DNA from: a virus | Lineage: Duplodnaviria > Caudoviricetes | Strand: one strand, 5' to 3' | IMG/VR virus record: IMGVR_UViG_3300014658_000007 | Coordinates: 1-41,308 of that record | DNA length: 41,308 bases | Shown here: positions 31,899 through 40,063 of the stretch, piece by piece | How the letters are laid out: every line of letters begins with the position of its first letter | Numbering within the stretch: the first letter of the stretch is position 1 | The notes under the pieces: generated by a model | Databases searched by the model: none | The model's input: the letters and a program-made list of their open reading frames with translations, nothing else | What the model was told of the DNA's origin: nothing | Program-made: the position numbers and the translations under genes

Positions 31899-32926
31899 AG
31901 AGACTCGCATGGATGCTGCTCGCGACCAGCCTTGCGGTGCTGGCTCATGACCATCGCAGCTCGGCCGACACTGGCTTCACCCCCACCCTCGGCGGCGCCT
32001 ACGCCAGTCCCGCGCAGGCCGCCGGGCTCGCCCTTTGGCTGCGGGCTGACCAGGGCATCGCGTTTGGTGGGATGGCAGCCGTGGTGGCAGCGGGGAGCAC
32101 GCCCCCGACGGTGACGCTGAGCGGCACGCCCAGCGCCAGCGTGCAGTCGTTCGACATGACGTGCACTACCATTGGCACGCTCACCAACTCGCACGTCAAC
32201 ATCAACATCAACGGCGCCAGCGTCTATGCGGGTGTGAGTGCTGCCAGCCTCGGGCCGTTCAGCGGCATCACGGTGGCCATTGCCGCCGGCACCATGGCGC
32301 TCAACAACGAGTGGACCTCGGTGCCCTCGGTGCTCAACTGGACTAGCATCGAGGGCAACAGTTACGTCTTCACCCAGGCCACGCAGGCTTACCAGCCGAG
32401 CTGGATTGCGGCGGGGCTCACGCTCAATGGCTGGGTGGCCGGGCCAGGCAGCCAGGCGAGCCTGCTGTTCAACGGCACCAACATGGTGCTCACGGACGCC
32501 ACTCTCCCAGGTGTGGCGCAGCCGTACAGCATGGCGGTGGTCATGCAGATGCCGATAGCGGCCTCGGGGCCCACGTACTTCGTGGCAGACGGTAGCAACA
32601 ACCTGCTGGCGTACGTCACGACATCGGGCGAGGTCATATGGTCCAGCGACACCACGGGCCATGTCGGTGGCAGCTACAGCGTTACCCAGACGCTGCCGAT
32701 GCTCGCTTCATCGGTGGTCAACGGCACCTCGAGCCGCGTGCCAGCCAACGCCGCGCTCAAGATGAACCTTGGAGTAGCCGCCGAGGCCACGGGGCTCAAC
32801 CTGGGCGGGGGCGCCGGCACTTTCACCAACTGCTACATCAGCGAGGTCGCCATGCACTCGGTGGCCCTCAGCAACACCGCGGCGGGCGGCCTCACCGGCT
32901 ACTACAGCGCGCGGTACTCGCTCTAG
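31895..32926 (+). CDS. Beta-rich (LamG/concanavalin-like) protein with an N-terminal signal-peptide-like sequence
   Basis: MKRLAWMLLATSLAVLA; LALWLRADQG, QATQAYQP, ISEV....ALS, Y..ARY. Confidence 0.7.
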   Translation: MKRLAWMLLATSLAVLAHDHRSSADTGFTPTLGGAYASPAQAAGLALWLRADQGIAFGGMAAVVAAGSTPPTVTLSGTPSASVQSFDMTCTTIGTLTNSHVNININGASVYAGVSAASLGPFSGITVAIAAGTMALNNEWTSVPSVLNWTSIEGNSYVFTQATQAYQPSWIAAGLTLNGWVAGPGSQASLLFNGTNMVLTDATLPGVAQPYSMAVVMQMPIAASGPTYFVADGSNNLLAYVTTSGEVIWSSDTTGHVGGSYSVTQTLPMLASSVVNGTSSRVPANAALKMNLGVAAEATGLNLGGGAGTFTNCYISEVAMHSVALSNTAAGGLTGYYSARYSL

Positions 32927-32949
32927 GCCACCACCAAGGGACACCTGCC

Positions 32950-33405
32950 ATGCTCAAGTACCTCACCGCTGCCTTGCTGCTTGCCATGGCCTGCGCCTCG
33001 TGCGACGCCATGCCACCCACCCCTGCCGCCATGGCGCTCGCGGGGGACGCTGGGCAGGTGGCAAGCCACCACCCACTGCTCGCTGCAGGCTTCACCGCGG
33101 GCACGGACGCCTTCTCGTATGCTGCTGGCACCGCCGGCACGTACACGGTACCGGCTGGCACATACGTTACGAGCCTCACGGCGCACGCCACGGGCAGCGG
33201 CGCCACGCTCACCATGACGCCCTCGGGGCCCAACGTTACGAGCCCCGTGGCAGGGCCGGCCATTGCCATCCCCGCCGGCGCCGCATACGCGCTCAACAGG
33301 CCGGTGCTTAGCGGCCAGGCCAACGAGCTCGGGGCCGGCACCACGCTGGTGTTTGCTGAGACGGACTCGTATGTGGTGACCCTGTACGCCGTGGGCGGCC
33401 CGTAG
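32950..33405 (+). CDS. Putative lipoprotein / exported protein
   Basis: MLKYLTAALLLAMACASC lipobox-like N-terminus; Thr/Ala/Gly-rich beta body. Confidence 0.6.
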   Translation: MLKYLTAALLLAMACASCDAMPPTPAAMALAGDAGQVASHHPLLAAGFTAGTDAFSYAAGTAGTYTVPAGTYVTSLTAHATGSGATLTMTPSGPNVTSPVAGPAIAIPAGAAYALNRPVLSGQANELGAGTTLVFAETDSYVVTLYAVGGP

Positions 33406-33415
33406 GGCAGCGGCA

Positions 33416-34018
33416 ATGACGCAGCCAGCGCCGCCGCCCCCAAGCGCGGTGCAGCCCTCGCCGCGGCTGCCCATGGCGCAGCTGCTCACGCTATACAGCA
33501 CGCTGAGCGGCGTGCAGTGCCGCGAGGACACTGGCGCGCGGCCGCTGCTCGGGCAGCGCCCAGGCACCGAGGCAGCATGGCTGCTGGTGCAGGTGCAAAG
33601 CATCATCGAGCTCGGCACCGACGAACTGCTGGTGCAGTACAACGCGGCCACCGGCAACAACGACGAGTACTTGGTGGGGCAGCGCACCTTCACGTGCGTG
33701 ATGCAGGCCTTTTCGCTCGATGCCACGCTCAAGGCGTACGACCTGCTCGAGCGCGTGCGCTTCCGGCTGCGCACCGCCACCGCGCGCGCCCTCATGGTGC
33801 CCACCATCGGGCTGCGGGACTTCATGCCGGTGCAGGCGCTGCCGCCCATCGTGCCGGCCACGCCAGGGGGGCACATCGTGCTGCGCGCGAGCCTGGATGT
33901 ACGGCTGAACTGCGTGCTTGGCGCGCCGCCCAATGACCCGGGCGGTGGCGACGTCATTGCGACTGCCGTGGTGCCGCCTCCCACCATTGGCGGTGGCCCG
34001 GGCAACCTCGAGCCGTGA
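33416..34018 (+). CDS. Neck/tail terminator protein
   Basis: G.DE...GQRTFTCVMQAF...RASLDVRLN pattern and position upstream of the sheath. Confidence 0.6.
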   Translation: MTQPAPPPPSAVQPSPRLPMAQLLTLYSTLSGVQCREDTGARPLLGQRPGTEAAWLLVQVQSIIELGTDELLVQYNAATGNNDEYLVGQRTFTCVMQAFSLDATLKAYDLLERVRFRLRTATARALMVPTIGLRDFMPVQALPPIVPATPGGHIVLRASLDVRLNCVLGAPPNDPGGGDVIATAVVPPPTIGGGPGNLEP

Positions 34019-34022
34019 GTGG

Positions 34023-34544
34023 CTACTCGGCCGGCGGCGCGCCCAGCTTGCCGTCGGGCCACTGCCATACCGTGATCTCGCCGCCAGGCGGCACGTGCAC
34101 CACCTCGCTCTCGCCGTACCAGACCGCCATCGGCCGCTCGGTGGTGTTGTGCAGTACCTGCGGCCGGCCGTACCGGCGCACTAGCGCAGCTTTGCCGGCC
34201 TCAATGAGTGCCTCGGGCGAGCGCCGCAGCTGGCGTTGGAACTCGGGCCGCGCATAGCCCTCCCACCCCTGCCGTATGGCCTTGGCCTCGGTGCCGAGCT
34301 GCTGCCAGCTGGCGGCTAGCTTGAGGGCCTCGCGCCACCGGCCGGTGGCCATGTGCCCACGCAGCACGTCCAGCGGCTTGGGCGGCTCGCCAGGGGCCCG
34401 CTGCGCGCGCTTTGGTTCGGCATGCAGCGGTGGCGGGGTGGCGGTGCACTGGCCGTCGCACGCAGCGCAGGGGCCGCCGTCGTGCGCATCCCACGGGTGG
34501 CCGCAGGTGGGGCAGCCTGCGTGGCTTTTGGCCAGGGGGCTCAC
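34023..34544 (-). CDS. Hypothetical phage protein with an N-terminal Cys/His cluster
   Basis: CPTCGH..AH...CAAC...C, then helical WREALKLAASW..LG...PEFQRQL...GKAALVRRYG; start uncertain. Confidence 0.55.
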   Translation of the reverse strand: MSPLAKSHAGCPTCGHPWDAHDGGPCAACDGQCTATPPPLHAEPKRAQRAPGEPPKPLDVLRGHMATGRWREALKLAASWQQLGTEAKAIRQGWEGYARPEFQRQLRRSPEALIEAGKAALVRRYGRPQVLHNTTERPMAVWYGESEVVHVPPGGEITVWQWPDGKLGAPPAE

Positions 34545-34644
34545 GGGTACCCCTGCGGCGTGGCCTCGGACGCCAGCGAGCTGCGGCGCAACATGGCACC
34601 AGAGTATGTACTCGCCCGGTACAATAGGCAAGTCCTCAGCAGTA

Positions 34645-34890
34645 TCATTTTGCCTTGGGCTTGCCCCGGCAGCGCGCACACTTGGGCTGGTCGTAGATGT
34701 GCATGGCATTGTCCCCGGGGCCATACGTAGTGCGCAGTTCGAGTAACTGCTGGCCGCCGCACTCAGGGCACATGCGGCTATAGCCGGCAGCGATGGCCAC
34801 GGTTACCTCGCGCACGCCGCCGCTCACCTCGCGCTGCAGTCGTACTTTCGAGGCTTTTGTATCGTGTGTAAAGAAGCTGTCATGGCTCAT
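34645..34890 (-). CDS. Small zinc-ribbon protein
   Basis: GGAGG RBS, ATG 34890; CPEC...CARC. Confidence 0.6.
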   Translation of the reverse strand: MSHDSFFTHDTKASKVRLQREVSGGVREVTVAIAAGYSRMCPECGGQQLLELRTTYGPGDNAMHIYDQPKCARCRGKPKAK

Positions 34891-34927
34891 GTGGCGGCGC
34901 CTCCAAGCGCATGGCATGTTTTGGTGC

Positions 34928-35728
34928 TCACCAAGGCAGCGCGGCCTGCTCAGTGCAAACAGCCTCGGGCTCAAAGAGCCTGCGCGGGCGAGGCCCAAGG
35001 CGTACCTTCGGCTTCTGTATTGGCACCGCAGCGCGTAGCGCACCAGCAGGCGGTACCTTGCGGTCTCGCTCGTACCACTCAGCAAATACCGGGAATGTGA
35101 ATACGGCACCAGTGCGGCCGCAGCGTATGCGGTGCACGAGCCAGCCACGCACCACTGCCGTGGGCAGCGCCTCAAACCCAAGTGGCAGCTGCCTGTCCGC
35201 CGCGCAGAAGCCACCAAGCGCCTCGCTCAGGTCCCACCCGCCACCACCGCGGCCGTATGAGGTACGCACAAGGTCGTTGAGGCGCGCATCCTCCGCAAGT
35301 GCCCAGGCCGCAGCGTCCCCAAGCCCACGCGGGTGGCCCGCGCCTACTAGTGCCACGGTGGCGAGCCACTCGCGCGCCGTCTGCTTGCGCGGCGTGCGTG
35401 GCCGCGTATGGCGCACATAGCCGGCCAGCCCAAGCACGGCCAGGGCTTTGGCGCGCTGGCTGAAAAACGCACATACCTCGTCCGTCGCCTGCACTATGTC
35501 AAACGCGCGGCGCCGCTGCAGGTGCTCGGGGCTTGCCACGCGGCCATGGCCTAGGTGTGCGAGCAGCGCAGCCTTTACCTCGCGCCCCTCACCAGGTAGC
35601 ACGCCAATTGGCCAATACGGGCCCTTGCCGGTGGCGAGCTCAGCCCAGCGCTTGGGCACGCGCGCATCTCGCGTCGCGGCAATGTGGAAGGCGTACGTGA
35701 GCATTGACTGGCAAATGGTGACGGCCAT
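34928..35728 (-). CDS. Hypothetical protein
   Basis: 266-aa ORF starting 2 nt after the methyltransferase stop. Confidence 0.55.
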   Translation of the reverse strand: MAVTICQSMLTYAFHIAATRDARVPKRWAELATGKGPYWPIGVLPGEGREVKAALLAHLGHGRVASPEHLQRRRAFDIVQATDEVCAFFSQRAKALAVLGLAGYVRHTRPRTPRKQTAREWLATVALVGAGHPRGLGDAAAWALAEDARLNDLVRTSYGRGGGGWDLSEALGGFCAADRQLPLGFEALPTAVVRGWLVHRIRCGRTGAVFTFPVFAEWYERDRKVPPAGALRAAVPIQKPKVRLGPRPRRLFEPEAVCTEQAALPW

Positions 35729-35730
35729 GC

Positions 35731-36837
35731 CTAAGCGCCCCCAATGCAGGCTTGGGCGGCCCGCTTTGGGTCGCCCTTCACATAACAGAGTACGTTTTGG
35801 TGGCTCTTTCCGAGCTTCCTACCGGCGTCGAAGATCTTGCCCGAGCGTATGGGCAGGCTGCCCACGCTGGTGACGAGCACGGCCTCGTTGTACAGGCTGA
35901 GGCCGGCGCTCGCGAAGGCGCTGGTGGTGACGTTTGGGAAGCCGCGGTACAGGCCGCGCTCGTCGCGCACGTCCCCCACCACGAAGCATGCGAAGGCGTC
36001 CGGCTTGAGCAGCGCGCAGGCGGCCTCAATGATGCGGCGGTAGGCGCGGCAGAAGTCCGGCCACGCCATGGCGCTGAGGTCCGCCGGGTGCTCGCTGTAC
36101 ACCTCGAGGTCGTAGTAGGGCGGGCAGCTGAACATGAAGTCGTACCCGGCAGCGGGCCGCCCCCCGTGCTCGGGCAGCATGGTGGCGAGCGCCGGCAGCA
36201 GCTCGCAGCTGTCCCCCTTGTGCCACCAGATGCGCGCCTCGGGTGCAATGGCCTCGCGCTGCGCCTCGTTGGCCGCCACCTGCGCGCCACTGAGCTCGCA
36301 GCCGGTGTACGCGTAGCCCATGAGGCCGGCCACGATGCCGCGCACGCTGCCGCCCGCAAACGGGTCGAGTATGGCGCCCCCCTTGGGGCACCACCAGCGG
36401 TACGCGAGCTCGCAGAGCATGGGGTCGAAGATGCTGGTGCCGCTGCCGCCCCAGGCGTTCTCGCCCTTGCTCGTGTCGTAGTCGGCACCGTACCCCTTGC
36501 GCTCGGTGGCCTGGCTGAGCAGGCCTTTGGCAGGGCGCACCACACTGCCACCCGGGGCGGCTCGAGGTGCCAGCGCATCGCACATGCCCCCGCCGCCCGC
36601 GCCAATGGGCTGAGTGTGGGCCTGCGCCCCGCGGCCAAGCTCACTCTGGATGCCCAGCGCGAGCCACTGCCGCTTGCGCTCCTGCCACTCGCCCTGCCTG
36701 GCGTCGAGCACGCTAAAGGGGGGCACGCCGAAGCGCTCGGCGAGCGGCGGCTGCGGTGCCTGGCGTATGGGCTCGCCGAAGAGGTCTCGCCCGAGCAGTG
36801 CCTCATCCACACCAGGGTTATGGTACTGTTCGACCAT
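35731..36837 (-). CDS. DNA N6-adenine/N4-cytosine methyltransferase
   Basis: PPFSVLDARQG.WQ.RK, TSIFDPMLCE, ILDPFAGGSVRG (motif I), FSCPPYYDLEVYS (motif IV), HQNVL...KGD. Confidence 0.9.
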   Translation of the reverse strand: MVEQYHNPGVDEALLGRDLFGEPIRQAPQPPLAERFGVPPFSVLDARQGEWQERKRQWLALGIQSELGRGAQAHTQPIGAGGGGMCDALAPRAAPGGSVVRPAKGLLSQATERKGYGADYDTSKGENAWGGSGTSIFDPMLCELAYRWWCPKGGAILDPFAGGSVRGIVAGLMGYAYTGCELSGAQVAANEAQREAIAPEARIWWHKGDSCELLPALATMLPEHGGRPAAGYDFMFSCPPYYDLEVYSEHPADLSAMAWPDFCRAYRRIIEAACALLKPDAFACFVVGDVRDERGLYRGFPNVTTSAFASAGLSLYNEAVLVTSVGSLPIRSGKIFDAGRKLGKSHQNVLCYVKGDPKRAAQACIGGA

Positions 36838-36968
36838 CGCGCGGCGCCCTCCAAGCGCCCCGGTCAAGCCCCGGCCGTTCGCGCGGCGCGGGGCGCTTAC
36901 TTCTCAGGTACCACCATAGCGCAGCAGTAACGTCACGCGCAAGGCCGCAGGGCGCCATACCGGGCCCA

Positions 36969-36978
36969 CTACCTTCGC
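36969..36978 (+). promoter_or_regulatory. CTANNTTCG motif (CTACCTTCGC) ahead of the sheath gene
   Basis: Intergenic, where + strand expression must restart after the antisense cassette. Confidence 0.6.
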
Positions 36979-37002
36979 CCCCGTACACATGAGGGCGAGC
37001 GC

Positions 37003-38913
37003 ATGAGCCTTTCGGACTTCGTCCAGGTATCCGTCAGTATCAGCGCGGCCAGCTCGCCCACGGTGCCGGCGCTCAATGTGGGGCTAATCGCCGCATTTCA
37101 CTCTCATTACGCCGACCGAGTCCGCATCTACTCGAGCAGCGGCGGCCTGGCGCAGATGGTCACGGACGGCTTCTCGACCAGCGAGCCGGCCTACCTCGCG
37201 GCCGCAGCGTACCTCGCAGCCCCCAATGCCCCCGCGCAGTTCTGCATCGGCCGCAGGGCCAACCCACCGCTGCAGACTCTCAACCTGAGCTTCGCCGATG
37301 GCACTGTTGGCGACCAGTACAACCTCACGCTGACGGGCTCGGACGGCAAGGCGCACGCCCTCACGTACCTCAACGTTATCAACCCGGGCACCGCAGCCTC
37401 GGGCGGCACGGTGACTACCACGGGCGCGAGCTCGGGCATCACCTTCAGCGCCTCGCAGACGATGGCCAAAGGTGGCCTGCTCATCTTCTCGGGCACCGGT
37501 GGCCAGCCAGGCGTCTACTACGCGCTCAGCGGCGCGGTGAGCGGCACCGCGGGCACCCTCACGGGCCCCTACCAGGGGCTCGGCGGCAGCGGCGAGACCT
37601 TCACCTACTTGCCGCCGCTCGCCGGCACGGCGTCGCCCGTCAACGGCTCGCCCACGGTCCCCACGAGCACCACGCAGGTGGGCGTGGTGTACCCGGGCGA
37701 CAGCGTGCAGTTCGTGCAGCAGCTCGGCACGTACTACACGGTGCTCACCGTCTCGGCCACGCAGCTGGTGCTTACGCAGGCGTACACGGGCACGACGCCG
37801 AGCGGCCCAGGCACCACGAACTTCTCGCTGGTATGCGCGAGCAGCACCGCGGCCACCGCCGTGGCGGCGCTCGCCAATGCGCTCACGCACGTGGGCACCG
37901 CCAGCGTCATCGCCACGCCGCAGATACTGGCCACCGGCCTGCCCGCCAACTACGGCGAGGCCAGCACGGTGCAGCTCTCGCGCACCGACGGCTCGCTCAC
38001 CAACGTGAGCGGCTGGGTGGCCAACGGCTTCGGCAACATCCTGCTGCAGGACGTCACCGCCGACCCTGGCATCACGGCCGACCTGGTGGCCATCAACAAG
38101 GCCAACCCGGGCGCGTGGTACGCGCTCATCCTCGACAGCAACTCAGCGGCTGAGGTTGAGGCCGCGGCCATCTGGGCCGAGGCCACCGGCGTCGGCGGCA
38201 AGGTGTTCTTCTGGAACAACTCGGACTGGGGCAACACGCAGACGCTCGTCACCAACGACGTGTTCTCGGTGCTGCAGGCCGAGAGCTTCGTGCGCGACTT
38301 CGGGCAGCAGAACGACCAGTCGCTACTCTGCTACGCGGGGTCCGCCATCTGCGGCCAGGCCCTGGCCATGAACCCGGGCAGCTACACGCTGGCGTACAAG
38401 AGCCTGCCGGGCGTGCCGGCCGACTCGGACACCACGCTCACCGAAGCGCAGGCCATGGCGCTCAACTCGATGACGGCAGCGAGCCCCGGGCCAGGCGCCA
38501 AGAACGGCAACTACTACAAGACGGTGGCGGGGCAGAACTGGCTCTTCCCGGGCACCGCCCCGAGCGGCCGATTCTTCGACCTCACCATCGGCATCGACTG
38601 GCTGCAGACGCGCATCCAGGCGGCCGTGGCGGCGGCCATCGCGGGGCTGCCCAAGCTGCCCTTCACCGACTTCGGCATCGGCGCCATCGGCGATGCCATC
38701 TACGGCGTGCTGCTGCTCGGCTCGACGCCCCAGTACGGGCTGATCCTGCCCAATGGCCAGGACGCGGCGCGGCCCATCAAGGTCACCGTGCCCACCGCCG
38801 CGAGCCTCACGAGCGCGCAGCGGGCCACGCGCAACGTCCCCGGCATCACCTTCAGCGCCGGCCTGCAAGGCGCCATCGAGACCACCACCGTCATCGGCAC
38901 GCTGACCCCCTGA
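37003..38913 (+). CDS. Tail sheath protein (DUF3383-like) with inserted beta domains
   Basis: DFVQVSVSI, RVRIYSS, PGSYTLAYKSLPGV, NYY, G.FFDLTIGIDWL, KLPFTDFG, LQGAI. Confidence 0.9.
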   Translation: MSLSDFVQVSVSISAASSPTVPALNVGLIAAFHSHYADRVRIYSSSGGLAQMVTDGFSTSEPAYLAAAAYLAAPNAPAQFCIGRRANPPLQTLNLSFADGTVGDQYNLTLTGSDGKAHALTYLNVINPGTAASGGTVTTTGASSGITFSASQTMAKGGLLIFSGTGGQPGVYYALSGAVSGTAGTLTGPYQGLGGSGETFTYLPPLAGTASPVNGSPTVPTSTTQVGVVYPGDSVQFVQQLGTYYTVLTVSATQLVLTQAYTGTTPSGPGTTNFSLVCASSTAATAVAALANALTHVGTASVIATPQILATGLPANYGEASTVQLSRTDGSLTNVSGWVANGFGNILLQDVTADPGITADLVAINKANPGAWYALILDSNSAAEVEAAAIWAEATGVGGKVFFWNNSDWGNTQTLVTNDVFSVLQAESFVRDFGQQNDQSLLCYAGSAICGQALAMNPGSYTLAYKSLPGVPADSDTTLTEAQAMALNSMTAASPGPGAKNGNYYKTVAGQNWLFPGTAPSGRFFDLTIGIDWLQTRIQAAVAAAIAGLPKLPFTDFGIGAIGDAIYGVLLLGSTPQYGLILPNGQDAARPIKVTVPTAASLTSAQRATRNVPGITFSAGLQGAIETTTVIGTLTP

Positions 38914-38925
38914 GGAGCCTGAGGC

Positions 38926-39375
38926 ATGGGCGTTTTCAACTTGAGCGTACAGGATGCGGACCAGTACCGCATCATGCTGGCCAGCGCGCCCGTCTCCAAT
39001 GGGGCAGGCGCGAGCGGCTACGCCGATGGCGAGTTCCTCAAGGTCACGTACGGCGACGACTTCTTCAAGCTGGTCATCGGCACCGACGGCGCTGCCGTGC
39101 GCAGCAAGACCAACAACCGATCCATCCAGGTCGAGCTCAGTTTGCTGCAGGGCAGCGCGACCAACGGCTTCCTGAGCGGCTTGGTCAACCTGGACCTGGC
39201 GCAGCCCAACGGCGCCGGCATCGGCAGCTTCGTGCTCGAGGACCTGCAGGGCATCACCAACATTGTGTGCAGCCGCATGTGGATCATGAAGCCTGCGGAG
39301 CCCACGCTGGACCGCACGGCCACGAAGCGCACCTGGACGCTGCAAGGCCTGTTCGACTTGCTCGTGATAGCATAG
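38926..39375 (+). CDS. Tail tube protein (DUF3277-like)
   Basis: SGYADGEFL, GTDG...RSKTNNRS..V.L.LLQGS..N..LS; follows the sheath. Confidence 0.85.
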   Translation: MGVFNLSVQDADQYRIMLASAPVSNGAGASGYADGEFLKVTYGDDFFKLVIGTDGAAVRSKTNNRSIQVELSLLQGSATNGFLSGLVNLDLAQPNGAGIGSFVLEDLQGITNIVCSRMWIMKPAEPTLDRTATKRTWTLQGLFDLLVIA

Positions 39376-39398
39376 GGCCAGAACGCCCACCCAGCACC

Positions 39399-39704
39399 AT
39401 GGCGAAGCCGGCCAGCGAACTGCTCGCGCACGTAGGTTACGAGGCCTACCGCGAGTCGTTTGCGCGCAACGAGTGGGCAGACACTGGCCAGTCGGCAATC
39501 GTAGGCAAGCCACCGCCGTACCCTGAGTGGGGCGCCATGCATGAGGCCGAGCGGCGGGGGTGGCTCGCGGCGGCCGAGGCCATTGCGCGCACGAGCTCGG
39601 CTCGCGAGCGTGAGGCGGCGAGCGCGCCCCATGGGCGGTGCCCCAAGTGCAAGCGGCCAGTGCAGGCCGCGGAGCCGCACTCATGCGAGGCGAGCGGTGG
39701 GTGA
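39399..39704 (+). CDS. Hypothetical protein
   Basis: GYEAY...PEW......RRGWLAAA plus a CPKC...H.C tail. Confidence 0.55.
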   Translation: MAKPASELLAHVGYEAYRESFARNEWADTGQSAIVGKPPPYPEWGAMHEAERRGWLAAAEAIARTSSAREREAASAPHGRCPKCKRPVQAAEPHSCEASGG

Positions 39705-39915
39705 GCCAGCCGCGCGCCGCCGCTGCAGCACCTGCGGGCAGCTGGTAACGCCCGGCCGGTCGTACCGGCAGGAGGCTGCGAGCAGTGGCGCCTGCGCTGC
39801 GTGCGGCGCCGCCAAGGTGCGCGAGGCCCAGGCCGACAGCGCGCGCGACGACGAGGACAGCGGGGCCCACCCGGTGCCTGGCACGGCGGACAGCAGCGGC
39901 GGGCGGTACGGGTGA
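39697..39915 (+). CDS. Small CxxC protein
   Basis: CSTC...CAAC; overlaps the upstream stop. Confidence 0.4.
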   Translation: MGEPAARRRCSTCGQLVTPGRSYRQEAASSGACAACGAAKVREAQADSARDDEDSGAHPVPGTADSSGGRYG

Positions 39916-40046
39916 GCGAGGCTGTCGTTTGCTTCTGGTGTGAGCCAGCTGGCGATGCCGAGCCGTACAGGTACCGGCGCGTCGACACGGGAGAGACGTT
40001 CGCGCTCGGCCAGCGTGACGGGCCAGCGAGGCGGCTAACCCAGCCG

Positions 40047-40056
40047 CTACCTTCGC
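40047..40056 (+). promoter_or_regulatory. CTANNTTCG motif (CTACCTTCGC) ahead of the chaperone/tape-measure genes
   Basis: TACCTT lies 10 nt before ATG 40064. Confidence 0.6.
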
Positions 40057-40063
40057 CCCTGCC

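Noticed and set aside
35002-35011. GTACCTTCGG, similar to the late motif
   Set aside because: Lacks the leading C, lies antisense within an ORF, and no credible + strand gene follows
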